A stretch of DNA of 64,000 nt from Candidatus Shapirobacteria bacterium GW2011_GWF2_37_20 (lineage in GTDB: Bacteria > Patescibacteriota > Microgenomatia > UBA12405). The stretch covers positions 4,409 through 68,408 of the forward strand of contig LBTB01000005.1 of assembly GCA_000989305.1 (NCBI GenBank). Direction: 5' to 3'. The position numbers and the translations under genes were made by a program. Below, piece after piece: positions 51,178 through 61,800 of this stretch. How positions within the stretch are numbered: position 1 is the first letter of the stretch; each line of letters starts with the position of its first letter. The notes beneath the pieces were generated by a model. That model was given only the letters and a program-made list of their open reading frames with translations. It was not told the origin of the DNA and did no database searches.

Positions 51178-52479
51178 ATGAAAAGGAATTTAGAGACGAT
51201 ATTTGTATGTGCTAATTGTGGGAACGAGTTTTCGAAATGGGCGGGTCAGTGTAGTGCTTGTCATGAATGGAATAGTTTAAAGGAAGTTAAGAGTTTGGGA
51301 AAGAAAATAAAATCCGGTAGGGCGTCGGCAAGCGTCGCCCCTACATTAAAAAACTTAAAAGAAATTAATAGTGAAAATAAGAGTAATGTGGCTATATTTT
51401 CGACGGACATTAAGGAGTTTGATAGGGTTTTGGGTAAAGGAATTGTTCGAGGACAAGTAGTGCTTTTTGCCGGCGAGCCAGGGATTGGGAAGAGCACGTT
51501 GTTGACACAATTGCTTGGGAAAATAGGTGGATTGTATGTGGCTGGGGAAGAAACTGCTGAGCAAATTGCCCTACGGGTGGAGAGGTTAGGTTTGGACAAG
51601 GAAAAATTCGATATTTTAGAGACAAATATTGTAGAAGAAATTGCCGGGGTAATAGAACGAACAAATAATGTGTTCAAAATAGTGGTGGTGGACAGTATCC
51701 AAATGATGATGAGCGAAAATAATGCTTCGGTACCGGGGAGCATTGGTCAAATTAGAGAATCGACCTTTCGACTGGTGGAAATGGCAAAAAAAAGTGGGGC
51801 TGCAATTTTTATTGTAGGACACGTAACCAAAGAAGGGGAGATTGCAGGACCAAAAATGATGGAGCACATGGTGGACACGGTATTATATTTTGAGGGGGAG
51901 AGAAACGGAGAGTTGAGAATTTTAAGGGTGGACAAAAATCGTTTTGGTCCAACTGACGAAGTGGGGGTTTTTAAAATGGAAGAAAAGGGATTACGGGAGA
52001 TTTCTTCAGAAGAGGTAAGTCTAATTGATAATAAAGTGAGTCAAATTGGATCAACTGTAAGTTTAGTGATGGAGGGGACTCGACCGCTTTTGGTAGAAAT
52101 ACAAGCATTGGTAACTGAAAGTTTTTCGCAAATGCCAAAAAGAATATTTTCGGGAATTGATTTTAATCGGGGACAGTTGTTGGTGGCGGTGGCGCAAAAA
52201 GTTTTAGGGATACCATTATATAAGGAAGACGTTTTTGTGGCGGTCTCAGGTGGGATAAAAATTTCTGACCCGGGAGTGGACTTGGCAGTAATCGGAGCAA
52301 TATATTCGAGCTATAAAGACAGACCATACAAAAATGGAATAGTGCTGGTGGGGGAGGTAAGTTTGTTGGGACAAGTGAGAAAAGTAAAGATGGGAGAGAA
52401 GAGAACTAAAGAGATAAAAAGTCTGGGGAGGGAGATGTTGACTATAAATAGTATAAGAGAATTGAAGGAACTGATTTAA
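51178..52479 (+). CDS. radA: DNA repair protein RadA/Sms
   Basis: C4 zinc finger CANCG..W.GQC..C..WN, GEPGIGKSTLL, KNRFG motif, Lon-like C-terminus. Confidence 0.96.
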   Translation: MKRNLETIFVCANCGNEFSKWAGQCSACHEWNSLKEVKSLGKKIKSGRASASVAPTLKNLKEINSENKSNVAIFSTDIKEFDRVLGKGIVRGQVVLFAGEPGIGKSTLLTQLLGKIGGLYVAGEETAEQIALRVERLGLDKEKFDILETNIVEEIAGVIERTNNVFKIVVVDSIQMMMSENNASVPGSIGQIRESTFRLVEMAKKSGAAIFIVGHVTKEGEIAGPKMMEHMVDTVLYFEGERNGELRILRVDKNRFGPTDEVGVFKMEEKGLREISSEEVSLIDNKVSQIGSTVSLVMEGTRPLLVEIQALVTESFSQMPKRIFSGIDFNRGQLLVAVAQKVLGIPLYKEDVFVAVSGGIKISDPGVDLAVIGAIYSSYKDRPYKNGIVLVGEVSLLGQVRKVKMGEKRTKEIKSLGREMLTINSIRELKELI

Positions 52480-52545
52480 CCCCCGCTTTTAATGATAAAT
52501 TCGAATATCTTTTCCGGTGAGGAGAAATAATTGATTATTAGCTAG

Positions 52546-52554
52546 TTATCCACA
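52546..52554. promoter_or_regulatory. Isolated consensus DnaA box
   Basis: TTATCCACA in the radA-rho intergenic region. Confidence 0.45.
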
Positions 52555-52692
52555 TAGTGTTGATAAGAGGGATCTTGAAGGGGTTTTGAGGCTAAAATGT
52601 ATGAAAAATAAAAATATAGGATTAGAGATTTTGGAGGGTTAATTTAATATAGGGTATAGACAAGTGAAAAAGGGAGTGATAAAGTTATGACA

Positions 52693-52794
52693 ATGCTTAA
52701 GAAATGGTGGATGAAACTACAAAAGAAAGATAAGTGGGCTGAAGGACAGATTAAGGAGATGGCAAAATTAGGCGGGAAGCTGATTATTATGTAG
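52693..52794 (+). CDS. Putative 33-aa basic amphipathic peptide (not in the ORF track)
   Basis: MLKKWWMKLQKKDKWAEGQIKEMAKLGGKLIIM, preceded by TAGACA-17-TAAAGT. Confidence 0.45.
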   Translation: MLKKWWMKLQKKDKWAEGQIKEMAKLGGKLIIM

Positions 52795-53104
52795 GCAGAA
52801 AAAGGGATTGAGTATCACTCCGATGCTCGTCTAAAGATTCGATCGGAGTCTTGTTTTTAGGCAAAATTTCGTCGCTTGAAGCTTGAAATTTTACCTAAAA
52901 AAAAGAAAAAAAAGAAACAACTTTATCGATATTCTCAAAGCAGGTGGAACACGAATATTGTTGTTTCTTCAACATCTAAAATAGAGGAATGTGGCCCAAT
53001 TGTCAAATTGGCGGGTTTAAGTTGATATTAGTGTTGAGAGTAGCAGAGGGGGCAGGTCTGCTACTTTCAACAGTGAAATCATCGATGAGCGAAAAGTAAA
53101 TAAT

Positions 53105-53133
53105 TTGACACCAGAGGAAGGATTTATTACAAT
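53105..53133 (+). promoter_or_regulatory. rho promoter
   Basis: TTGACA-17 bp-TACAAT. Confidence 0.8.
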
Positions 53134-53183
53134 AGAGCATTCCCTGAACGAGCAAGCTTGTTTTTTATAAGTTTTCCCAATAA

Positions 53184-54545
53184 ATGCCTAGAAAATCAAT
53201 GAAGACCGATGAGGTAGTGGCGGTATCTGCCGTCGTTAACAGTGAAGATAAAGACACCAAGGTCGTGTCCGACTTGGCAAAGAGCTCCGTCGAGACAAAG
53301 CCGGAGGTGGTTGCGCCTGTTGTAGTCGAGGCGACGAATAATCGGGTGGGAATCGTAAACCCCAAAAAAGTAAATCCACCAATTGTTGTGGAAACACCAA
53401 AAACAGTAATACCGACGAAAATTGAAAGTAATCCAGTGAAACTGGAGATGATAACCGGCGTTTTGGAAATTATGCAGGATGGTCAGGGTTTTGTCAGACC
53501 AAAATTTAATCCAGGATATAAGGATGCCGTTATCGGGTCGATGCAAGTCAGAAAATATGGTTTGAGGGTGGGGGATATGGTGACTGGTGTGGCAAAAGCA
53601 CCCAAGGATGGCGAGAAATATTGGGGTTTGGTTAGAATCGATAAAATTAATGGCTTGGAATTGGCGGCGGCGCAAAATAGAGTGGAATTTAAAGACCTGG
53701 TCCCAATTTATCCAATCAAGAAAGTCAGTTTGGAATTTGATAAATCAGTAGCATCAACCCGGATTATAGATATTTTTTGCCCGATTGGTTTTGGTCAAAG
53801 AGGAATGATTGTGTCTCCGCCTAAGGCGGGAAAAACAACCTTATTGAAGGAGATCGCGGCCGGAGTGGCGGCAAATTATCCAGAGATACATTTGATGGCA
53901 GTGTTGGTGGGAGAAAGGCCAGAAGAAGTAACTGACATGCAAAGATTTATTAAAGGTGAAGTAATTGCGTCTCATTTTGATCAAAAACCGGAAGAACAAA
54001 CCAGAGCGGCGGAAATAGCGATTGAAAGAGCCAAAAGACTGGTGGAAATGGGTAAGGATGTGTTTATGGTTTTTGATTCGATTACAAGACTGGCCCGAGC
54101 TTACAATTTGGCAATTCCGACCTCAGGAAGAACTTTATCGGGTGGTTTTGATCCGGCGGCTTTGTATCCTTCTAAAAAGTTTTTTGGTGCAGCCAGAAAA
54201 ATTGAAAACGGCGGATCTCTAACTATCATTGGAACAGCCTTGGTAGATACGGGTTCGAAGATGGATGAATTGATTTTTGAAGAATTTAAAGGAACCGGAA
54301 ATATGGAATTGAGGTTGGAAAGAAAGTTGGCAGAAAGAAGAATTTTTCCATCCTTTGATATTTTGAAGTCCGGAACCAGAAAGGAAGAACTATTGTTACC
54401 GGCAGAAACCTTGTCTAGGGTGATGGCAATGAGAAGAATGTTTGATAATCTAGAAGAGAAGGATCAAATGACGGAATTAATTATTGACCAAATGAATAAA
54501 ACGGATAATAATGAAGACTTTTTAAAAAAAGTCGGTAAGAGATGA
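53184..54545 (+). CDS. rho: Transcription termination factor Rho with a low-complexity N-terminal extension
   Basis: PIGFGQRGMIVSPPKAGKT, ERPEEVTD, DSITRLARAYN, FEEFKGTGNME, SGTRKEELL. Confidence 0.97.
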   Translation: MPRKSMKTDEVVAVSAVVNSEDKDTKVVSDLAKSSVETKPEVVAPVVVEATNNRVGIVNPKKVNPPIVVETPKTVIPTKIESNPVKLEMITGVLEIMQDGQGFVRPKFNPGYKDAVIGSMQVRKYGLRVGDMVTGVAKAPKDGEKYWGLVRIDKINGLELAAAQNRVEFKDLVPIYPIKKVSLEFDKSVASTRIIDIFCPIGFGQRGMIVSPPKAGKTTLLKEIAAGVAANYPEIHLMAVLVGERPEEVTDMQRFIKGEVIASHFDQKPEEQTRAAEIAIERAKRLVEMGKDVFMVFDSITRLARAYNLAIPTSGRTLSGGFDPAALYPSKKFFGAARKIENGGSLTIIGTALVDTGSKMDELIFEEFKGTGNMELRLERKLAERRIFPSFDILKSGTRKEELLLPAETLSRVMAMRRMFDNLEEKDQMTELIIDQMNKTDNNEDFLKKVGKR

Positions 54546-55657
54546 AGAAAATAATAGAGTTGATAAAAGAGTATTTTGGATATGAAGGTCAGTTGATAAA
54601 ACAATTTTTAGGACTGCAGGGGCGGTTTTGGGTAGAAATCGGATCTTTATTTTTAGGCTGGGTAGTGAATATTAAGGATGGAACAGCAAAGTTAATGTAT
54701 AAACAAAGAGGACGTTTTTCTCAGAGTTTTGTGAGTACAAGTTTGGCAATTCTGTCTTTTGGGGCAGTTGTGTTTTCAGGAAATTTGGAAGATTTGATTA
54801 AGAGGGGGAGTAATTCTGAGGTGGGAGGTAGCGGCTATTTAATTATGGCGGCTGATAGCGGAACGGGTGGAGCGGAAACTTTGATTTCCGATTTGCCAAA
54901 AGGAGAGACAACTGAGTATCGGGTAGTGGAGGGGGATACGATTTCCAGTATTGCCCAAAAATTTGGAGTCAGTATTGATACAGTTCTTTGGGAAAATAAT
55001 TTAAAGTCAGTGGAGGCAATTAAACCTAAACAGATTTTGAGGATTCTTCCGGTGACGGGAGTTAGACATCAGGTAAAACGTGGCGAAACAGTTTATAGCA
55101 TTGCTAAATACTATTCGGTTGATGCTCAAAACATTATTGATTATCCTTTCAATACCTTTAGTAACGATGAAATATTTGCGTTAACGGCTGGGCAGGAGCT
55201 GATTATTCCCGAGGGAATTGAACCAAAAGAGACAATTACGGGGACAAGAAGTATTGCCAGAACGGTGGCTCCAATACCGGGAGTGGTGGGAGAGGGTAAT
55301 TATATGTGGCCAACGTCGGGGACGATCACTCAAAGATCTTCTTGGTATCACCGAGCGGTGGACATCGCTAATCGTGGTAATCCGGCGATTGTGGCGGCGG
55401 CAACGGGAACGGTGGTGACAGCAGGTTGGAACGGGGGCGGCTATGGAAATTATGTGGTTATTGATCACGGCAATGGCCAATCGACCCTGTATGCACATAT
55501 GTCAAATAATTCAATTGTTGTTAAAGCGGGAGATAAGGTGTCTCAGGGGCAAAAAATTGGTACGATGGGAAGCACGGGAAGATCGACCGGGACGCATCTG
55601 CATTTTGAGATTGTTGCTGGGGGAGCTAAGTTGGATCCACTGAAGATGTTGAAGTAA
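54542..55657 (+). CDS. LysM x2 + M23 peptidase
   Basis: Y.V..GDT...IA LysM repeats; H.AVD, YAHM, STGRSTGTHLHFEI. Confidence 0.92.
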   Translation: MKKIIELIKEYFGYEGQLIKQFLGLQGRFWVEIGSLFLGWVVNIKDGTAKLMYKQRGRFSQSFVSTSLAILSFGAVVFSGNLEDLIKRGSNSEVGGSGYLIMAADSGTGGAETLISDLPKGETTEYRVVEGDTISSIAQKFGVSIDTVLWENNLKSVEAIKPKQILRILPVTGVRHQVKRGETVYSIAKYYSVDAQNIIDYPFNTFSNDEIFALTAGQELIIPEGIEPKETITGTRSIARTVAPIPGVVGEGNYMWPTSGTITQRSSWYHRAVDIANRGNPAIVAAATGTVVTAGWNGGGYGNYVVIDHGNGQSTLYAHMSNNSIVVKAGDKVSQGQKIGTMGSTGRSTGTHLHFEIVAGGAKLDPLKMLK

Positions 55658-55718
55658 TAGTGCGGAGAAAATTTAATTTGGTATTGTCACCGGAACGGGC
55701 TTTTGTTAAGCTCATTTT

Positions 55719-57704
55719 ATGATTAAAATACTGCAAATGTATTTAAAGGTATGGTTATTGGTACTGCCGATTTTTTTCTTGCCGGTAGTTGTGGATAGTT
55801 TTGGTTTCGGGAAAAATTGGTTAATGCTGCTGACAATGTTGTTGGGAATAATAATTTGGGGGATGGCTTTGGTAATCAGAAAAGAAAACAAGATTTTTAT
55901 AGGAAAGGGCCTGGGGTGGTTGATAACTTTGACGGTGTGGGCGACAATTGTTTGGTATTTTGGGGAAGCTGGAGTGAGAATGAGAACTTTTATGGGAACA
56001 TCCGGTTTAGCGTTGATGTGGAGCATGACTATCTGGACGTTTTTGTGGATGCAGGCGAGCGAAGAGAAGGACGAGGGTGGAGAGAAATGGTTGATAGTTG
56101 CGGGAATTTTGGTAGCACTAAGTTCTTTGGTAGTATTTTTATTGCCGGCAGCTAAATTGCCAATTTCTTGGCCAAAACAAAACCCGATTATAAACATTAA
56201 TTCGGACTGGTCATTGACGGGTTCGGTTTTGGGAGAGTTGTGGTTGCTGGGTATATTGGGGACAATTTGGATAAAAAAACTGGCAGAAAAGATTAAGAGG
56301 AAGGAGGGGTATGTCGGAGAGATGGCGATAACGGCGATATTAGTATTGGTGTTATTTTTGGATGTTTTCAAAATGTTTAGAAGTGGTTGGAACTACCTCG
56401 ATATAAATAGTTCATGGACAATTGCCACAGAATCGTTAAAGTACCGACCATTGCAAGGAGTGGGGGCAGGAAATTATTTAGAGGCATTTAATAAGTGGAG
56501 ACCGGTGGCTTTTAACAACAGTAAAAACTGGTCAGGAAGTTTTGGATGGGCGGCCAACGGAGGATTGCAATTGTGGACGGAGCTAGGAATTGTGGGCTTA
56601 ATAATCGGGATATTGACAATGAGAGCTTTGATAAAAGGTCAAAAAAATAAAAGCAGAAAAATAGGAATAGCTTTGGGAGGGGTAATGCTGGTATTAACAC
56701 CATTTAATCTGGTGGGGTTGATGTTGATGATGTGGCTAGTGACAAGAGAAATAGAGAAGAAAGAAAGAAGTCTGATGTTAAAAGTCGGCGAAAAGGGATT
56801 GAACGCGGCACCAATTATATTGGCGGTGGTGGTGTTGCTGGGAAGTGGTTTTGGACTTTACTGGTGGACGAGAGTTTTGTTGGGTGAGACTTATTTGAAA
56901 AAATCATTGGTGGCGGCAGTAAACAATGATGGAGGGTCAACTTATATTTGGCAAATAAAAGCGATTACGGCTAATGCCAATAATGCTGAGTATAGAAGGA
57001 TCTATTCACAAACTAATTTGGCGTTGGCAATAGGGTTAATGAGTAATAAAGATATTACTAATGACCAGAAAGAAAAGGCGGCAGTGCTGATTCAACAAGC
57101 GGTGAGAGAAGGGAAGGCCGCGGTGGCTTTAGATACGAGGAACGCAAGTTATTGGTCCAATTTAGCTTCTATTTACCGACAGCTAGTGGGGAGTGTTGAG
57201 GGGTCGGCAGACTGGAGTTATGAGGCGTATTCTCAGGCGATAGGCTTAGATTCAGTGAATCCATCTTTAAGACTTGATTTTGGAGGCTTGCTATTTGCGA
57301 CAGGAAGATATGAGGAGGCGGATAGATTGTTTGAACAGGTGGTTTCTTTAAAACCTGATTTAGCAAACGGTTGGTACAACTGGGCATATACGGCAAAAAA
57401 TATGAATAAATTATCAAGTGCGGTAGCCAGGTTAAGCCAGGCGCTTAGTTTGGTGCCGATTGATTCCGGTGACTATGATAAAGCTAGTAAAGAACTTGAG
57501 GCCTGGAACAAAGAGTATGAAGCCCTGATAAAACAACAGCAAGGCTTACAACAAGAGAAAGAGGCAGAAACACTGAAACTACCAGAGGCTTTACCCGACG
57601 ACGGTAATAATAGTAGTGTGGTAGTGCCAACGGGTGGTTTAGAGCCGCCGGTGGTTGAGGTAACGCCGACACCTAGTGACGGCGGAGTGATAATAGAACC
57701 TTAA
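55719..57704 (+). CDS. O-antigen-ligase-like polytopic membrane protein with C-terminal TPRs
   Basis: Many TMs, PLQGVGAGNY, TELG..G; TPR-like repeats; PT tail. Confidence 0.75.
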   Translation: MIKILQMYLKVWLLVLPIFFLPVVVDSFGFGKNWLMLLTMLLGIIIWGMALVIRKENKIFIGKGLGWLITLTVWATIVWYFGEAGVRMRTFMGTSGLALMWSMTIWTFLWMQASEEKDEGGEKWLIVAGILVALSSLVVFLLPAAKLPISWPKQNPIININSDWSLTGSVLGELWLLGILGTIWIKKLAEKIKRKEGYVGEMAITAILVLVLFLDVFKMFRSGWNYLDINSSWTIATESLKYRPLQGVGAGNYLEAFNKWRPVAFNNSKNWSGSFGWAANGGLQLWTELGIVGLIIGILTMRALIKGQKNKSRKIGIALGGVMLVLTPFNLVGLMLMMWLVTREIEKKERSLMLKVGEKGLNAAPIILAVVVLLGSGFGLYWWTRVLLGETYLKKSLVAAVNNDGGSTYIWQIKAITANANNAEYRRIYSQTNLALAIGLMSNKDITNDQKEKAAVLIQQAVREGKAAVALDTRNASYWSNLASIYRQLVGSVEGSADWSYEAYSQAIGLDSVNPSLRLDFGGLLFATGRYEEADRLFEQVVSLKPDLANGWYNWAYTAKNMNKLSSAVARLSQALSLVPIDSGDYDKASKELEAWNKEYEALIKQQQGLQQEKEAETLKLPEALPDDGNNSSVVVPTGGLEPPVVEVTPTPSDGGVIIEP

Positions 57705-58837
57705 GGGTTAACTATCCACCATTTGAAGGTAACATCTTCGGAAAGAGGAGAGAGAAAGCCAGCCGAAAAAGAATCGAGGGACTTAGAAAGAAGTTCAAGA
57801 GATTGGTTTTTGCCGCCGGTCAAGACAGTGAGATAAACCTGGGAGGAAGGAGTAAGTTGGGAATTTTGAATGACGACTTGTTTTTGGCCGGAAGGAATAG
57901 TGCCAGTACCGGAGAGAGAGTTGGAATCAGTTTGATTTTTGAGAGAGATGTTTTGAGAAATTTCGGGAGCGGCGATTATAAGACTGGAAATCATTGAGGC
58001 CTGAAGAAGATTGCCTTCAGTGATAATAGAAGGTTGAGGGGCGCTGGTGGGGGTCGAGGGACTGGTAAAGTCGTTTTGGGCAACAATTTTTTCCAATGTT
58101 TTTTTTTCAGTTTCAACTTGAAGTTTTTGAGCGGAATCTGAGATTAAGGGGAGGAGGCGATTGTAGGTGGCCAGGGCGTCGGGAAGAAAACCGGCTTGTT
58201 GTTGAATGCGGGCCAGGTCGTAGAAATTCTGAGCCTTGGTTGGTTCAAGAGAAACGGTGGCTGAGAGATAGGCGAGAGTGTTTTGGAGATCGCCCTTTTT
58301 GGCATAGAGAGAAGCTAATTGTCGGGTAAGATCAGGAGAATTTTGATTTAAATTTTGAGCTTGCTGGTAATCACTAATGGCGGCGGCAATTAGTTGAGGT
58401 TGAGTGTCTAGGAGGGAGAGGTAGATCCGGCCACGTTGTTCGTAGCCACGGTAGTCAGAAGGTGATGTTTTGATAGCATCTGATGCGGCTATTATTGATT
58501 GATTAAGATAATTTATGATAGTTTGGTTATCACTTTTTGAGGCTTGAGAATCTAAGGCTTGGGTGAAATATTGCTGGGAAGCCAGAAGATAGTGTTGGAT
58601 TGATTTAGGAACCTGGGTGGGAGAGGGAAGAGATTCTTGAGATGGGAAATTGGAGGGGGGGGTAATTGAAGAAGAATTTTTGGTTTTTAATAAAATAAGG
58701 CCACCGAGAGAAAGGAGAGTGATTCCGGAAATAGAAAAAAGGGGGATAAGATTGATTTTTGAAGGAATTTGATCTGGTTTGGTGGGTGTTAGACCGAGAT
58801 TTTCGAGCTGTCGTTGCTGGTTGGGGGTGGGGTCCAT
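57701..58837 (-). CDS. Membrane-anchored TPR protein with a C-terminal beta domain
   Basis: TM near the N-terminus, TPR repeats, C-terminal G.GTIP...VYLT...F.WWIVN. Confidence 0.75.
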   Translation of the reverse strand: MDPTPNQQRQLENLGLTPTKPDQIPSKINLIPLFSISGITLLSLGGLILLKTKNSSSITPPSNFPSQESLPSPTQVPKSIQHYLLASQQYFTQALDSQASKSDNQTIINYLNQSIIAASDAIKTSPSDYRGYEQRGRIYLSLLDTQPQLIAAAISDYQQAQNLNQNSPDLTRQLASLYAKKGDLQNTLAYLSATVSLEPTKAQNFYDLARIQQQAGFLPDALATYNRLLPLISDSAQKLQVETEKKTLEKIVAQNDFTSPSTPTSAPQPSIITEGNLLQASMISSLIIAAPEISQNISLKNQTDSNSLSGTGTIPSGQKQVVIQNSQLTPSSQVYLTVLTGGKNQSLELLSKSLDSFSAGFLSPLSEDVTFKWWIVNP

Positions 58838-58870
58838 GGATTTATTTTAAATGATTTGTAATTTAATACA

Positions 58871-61800
58871 TTAGTAAAAACGGAAGGTTCCGGTTTGGAG
58901 GGTAACGGTTGGGGTGGTGCACCAGTCTCCATAAATTGGGCCGGTAAAATAAGGGGCAATTCGATATTGATATGAATTGCCAGAAGAGACACTGGTGTCA
59001 GTGTAAGCAGTAGTGCCGACACCGAGATCCTGGAAGGCAGTAAAGCCTATGGAGTTAACGTTTCTTTCAACAAGAATACCGTTTTCACCACTGGCCTGAA
59101 GGTTCCAGACAACTTTGATGGAAGAATTATTATTAGCTTTTTGTAATAAACAGCCCTGACTAACTCCCGGGTTGGCAACGGTGGTAAAGTTGAAAGGAGT
59201 AACTTGGGTGGGACTCCAAACGTTGGTGCCACTGTAATCGATGGATTGAGATTTCCAATAGTAGGTAGTGTCGGGTATTAACTGGCTCTGAAAGGTATAA
59301 GTGGCAACAGTTCCGGAAGAATAAGCAGAGGTGCCGACATTTTGACCACTCCAACCTACATTGGAGGAAGTTTGATCATAAACATTGCAGTCTGTGGTCA
59401 TATCTGAATCAGAGCAAACAGTAATTTTATATTGAAGGGGGTTACTGTTTGGGTCAGAGCTAGAGGTACCAAGAGATAAGGTAAGGGGTTGGTTAATACT
59501 ATCGTTTGCGGGGGAAATTAAAGTTGGAGTATAAGAAAGGCCGTCGGTGGTAAAACTGTAGGCGGCGGCTTGAGTGCTGCCCCAGTTTTTACTACCGGCA
59601 TAATCTTTGGCGCGAGTTTTCCAGTAATAGGTGGTACTTGGTGCAAGGGTGGATCCGCTTTGAATGATATAAACGGCGGTAGTTCCGGAAGAATAAGCAG
59701 AAGTACCGACATTTTGACCGCTCCAACCAACATTGGAAGAAGTTTGGTTGTAAGTAAGACAACCGGTAGTCATGATGGAATTGGTACAAATTTTTAGTTC
59801 ATATTGAAGATTGTCACTTTCGGTGTCGGTGGTAACGGTTTTGAAAGTGGGAGCTAATTTTTGATTAGTGGCGGTGTTGATGGGAAGGGAAAGGGCGGGA
59901 ATAGCGGGGAGATTGTTTACTACTGTTTGAATATTGTCAAAATAGAAAATTTGACTGGGTTCAGCATTATTAATGTAAAAATCAAACTTAGTGACAGCAT
60001 TTCTGGCGCTAGGATCAATACCGGTAATATCCCAAGATTTTTGCTCCCAGGTGTTGGTACTACCAATAGTAATATTATTTGAGTTTTCGCTGGCATTGGT
60101 TTCGCCAAAACGAAACCGGAGGTTTTGGCCGGCAATGTTGGAATAAACATAATAGGTGATAGTGATACTACTGGAAAGGTCAATGGAAGTGGTTTTGGTA
60201 ATCGTGTCTTGATAGGAGGCTAAATTATCTTGAGCGGTGGTAGCGGAGGGGTTATTAGTAGAACCGGAAAGGGAGGTGATGTAGAAGGCGGCAATTCTGC
60301 CGGCACCACCATTGCCTCCATCACCTCCAGAAGTACTGTTACCACCAGTGCCTCCTGGAGCAGAGACAAGGTTGGTACCAAGGGTAATAGTATTGGCAAG
60401 AAGGCGAATTGAACCTCCAGCACCGCCACCGCCACCGCCTCCATAGGTTGGAGCGGCGCCATTAGTGCCAGCGCTTGTAATAGCTCCGGAAACACTTATA
60501 CTGCCCGCGCCAATGATAATGATGCCGCCGCCAGTACCACCGGCACCGCCAGTAGTGGCTCCGCCACCTCCGCCACCTCCTCCTGAGCCTAAGTGAGCGA
60601 TGGCCAGAGTGGCATCTCCGTAGGTACCACCTCCGCCACCTCCTCCTCCGATGACACCACCAGTACCACCATTACCACTAGCATTAGTACCTCCGTTGGC
60701 TCCATTGTTGGTACCGACACCGTAATAACCAAAGGTACCATAACCACCGCCGGCACCTCCACCACCCAGGGGGTTGACGGCGTAGTGGACAGTACCACCA
60801 CCGCCACCACCTCCTCCAAGGGAAGCGCTACCGGCACCGCCGGCATAGGCAGTGGTCATATTGTAACCGCCACCACCACCGCCACCACAAGTTCCGGCAA
60901 GACCGGCGTTGTTGAATTGACCTCCATTACCACCACCGGCAGTACCGCAAAAGGCAATTCCACCGGTAGCACGGGCACCACCGTCGACTCCACCCGTGCC
61001 GCCAGAAAAACCGAGACCGCTGGCACTGATAGTGCCAGAAACAGTAACGGTGCCATTAGCCTTGAAAGCAAGGACACCGCCCTTGGTACCATTAAAGGCC
61101 ATGGGACGGAATATTTGACCGGCATTAACGGTAACATTGGTGTATTGAGGGACACGCTGAACCATAATTTTTTGAGTAGTACCCGCATAAGCATTTTGAA
61201 GGCCGGTGTCGAAAATAAATTTGGTAGTGCCAATTTTTTGAGTAACAGTTCTAAGTTCATATTTGCCAACGTCTGCATAAGTGGTGCCAACACCCTGAAG
61301 GTTGATGATGATAACTTCGTCTCCGACGTCAACACCGGTGGTGGTAGTGGAGACAACAATAGCGGTACTGCCAGCCGAGGTATTAATAGTCGAGGAAAAA
61401 TTGACGGCATCGGCGGTGGCACGACCGACACAGGATTCGGTATTTATTTCATCGTTACTAGTGGATGAGACAGTACAAGCGCCATCTTTGCCGGTGCCGG
61501 CGTAGCCAATAATGTTAACTCTGACTGAGCCGGTACCTTCCTGTTTGATAGCGGTGTCCTGGGTGGCGGCAGCATAGGTAGTGTCACTGCTGACCCAGTT
61601 AGCAACTGCATCAGCATTATCAATAACAAGGTCGATAACAATGGGGTAACTACGGTTATGCTCATTTAACCATTGCTGACCTTCCTGGGTGATAATTTTG
61701 CTAATAGAATACTGGTTTTTGGAGAGAGGCTTAATTTCGTATTTAATACCAAAAGAAAGGATGCCGGGACTGTTGGCTTCATACATGACGGGCTTGGGAA

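Noticed and set aside
59310-59746. Near-identical repeat pair as a DGR template/variable repeat
   Set aside because: Both copies are in frame in one gene, the differences are synonymous third positions rather than adenine-specific on the coding strand, and no reverse transcriptase is present in the window.
60220-61505. Long alternative-frame and antisense ORFs (for example 60593-61468, 291 aa)
   Set aside because: Shadows of the Gly-codon-rich gene, whose repetitive codons lack stops in other frames.
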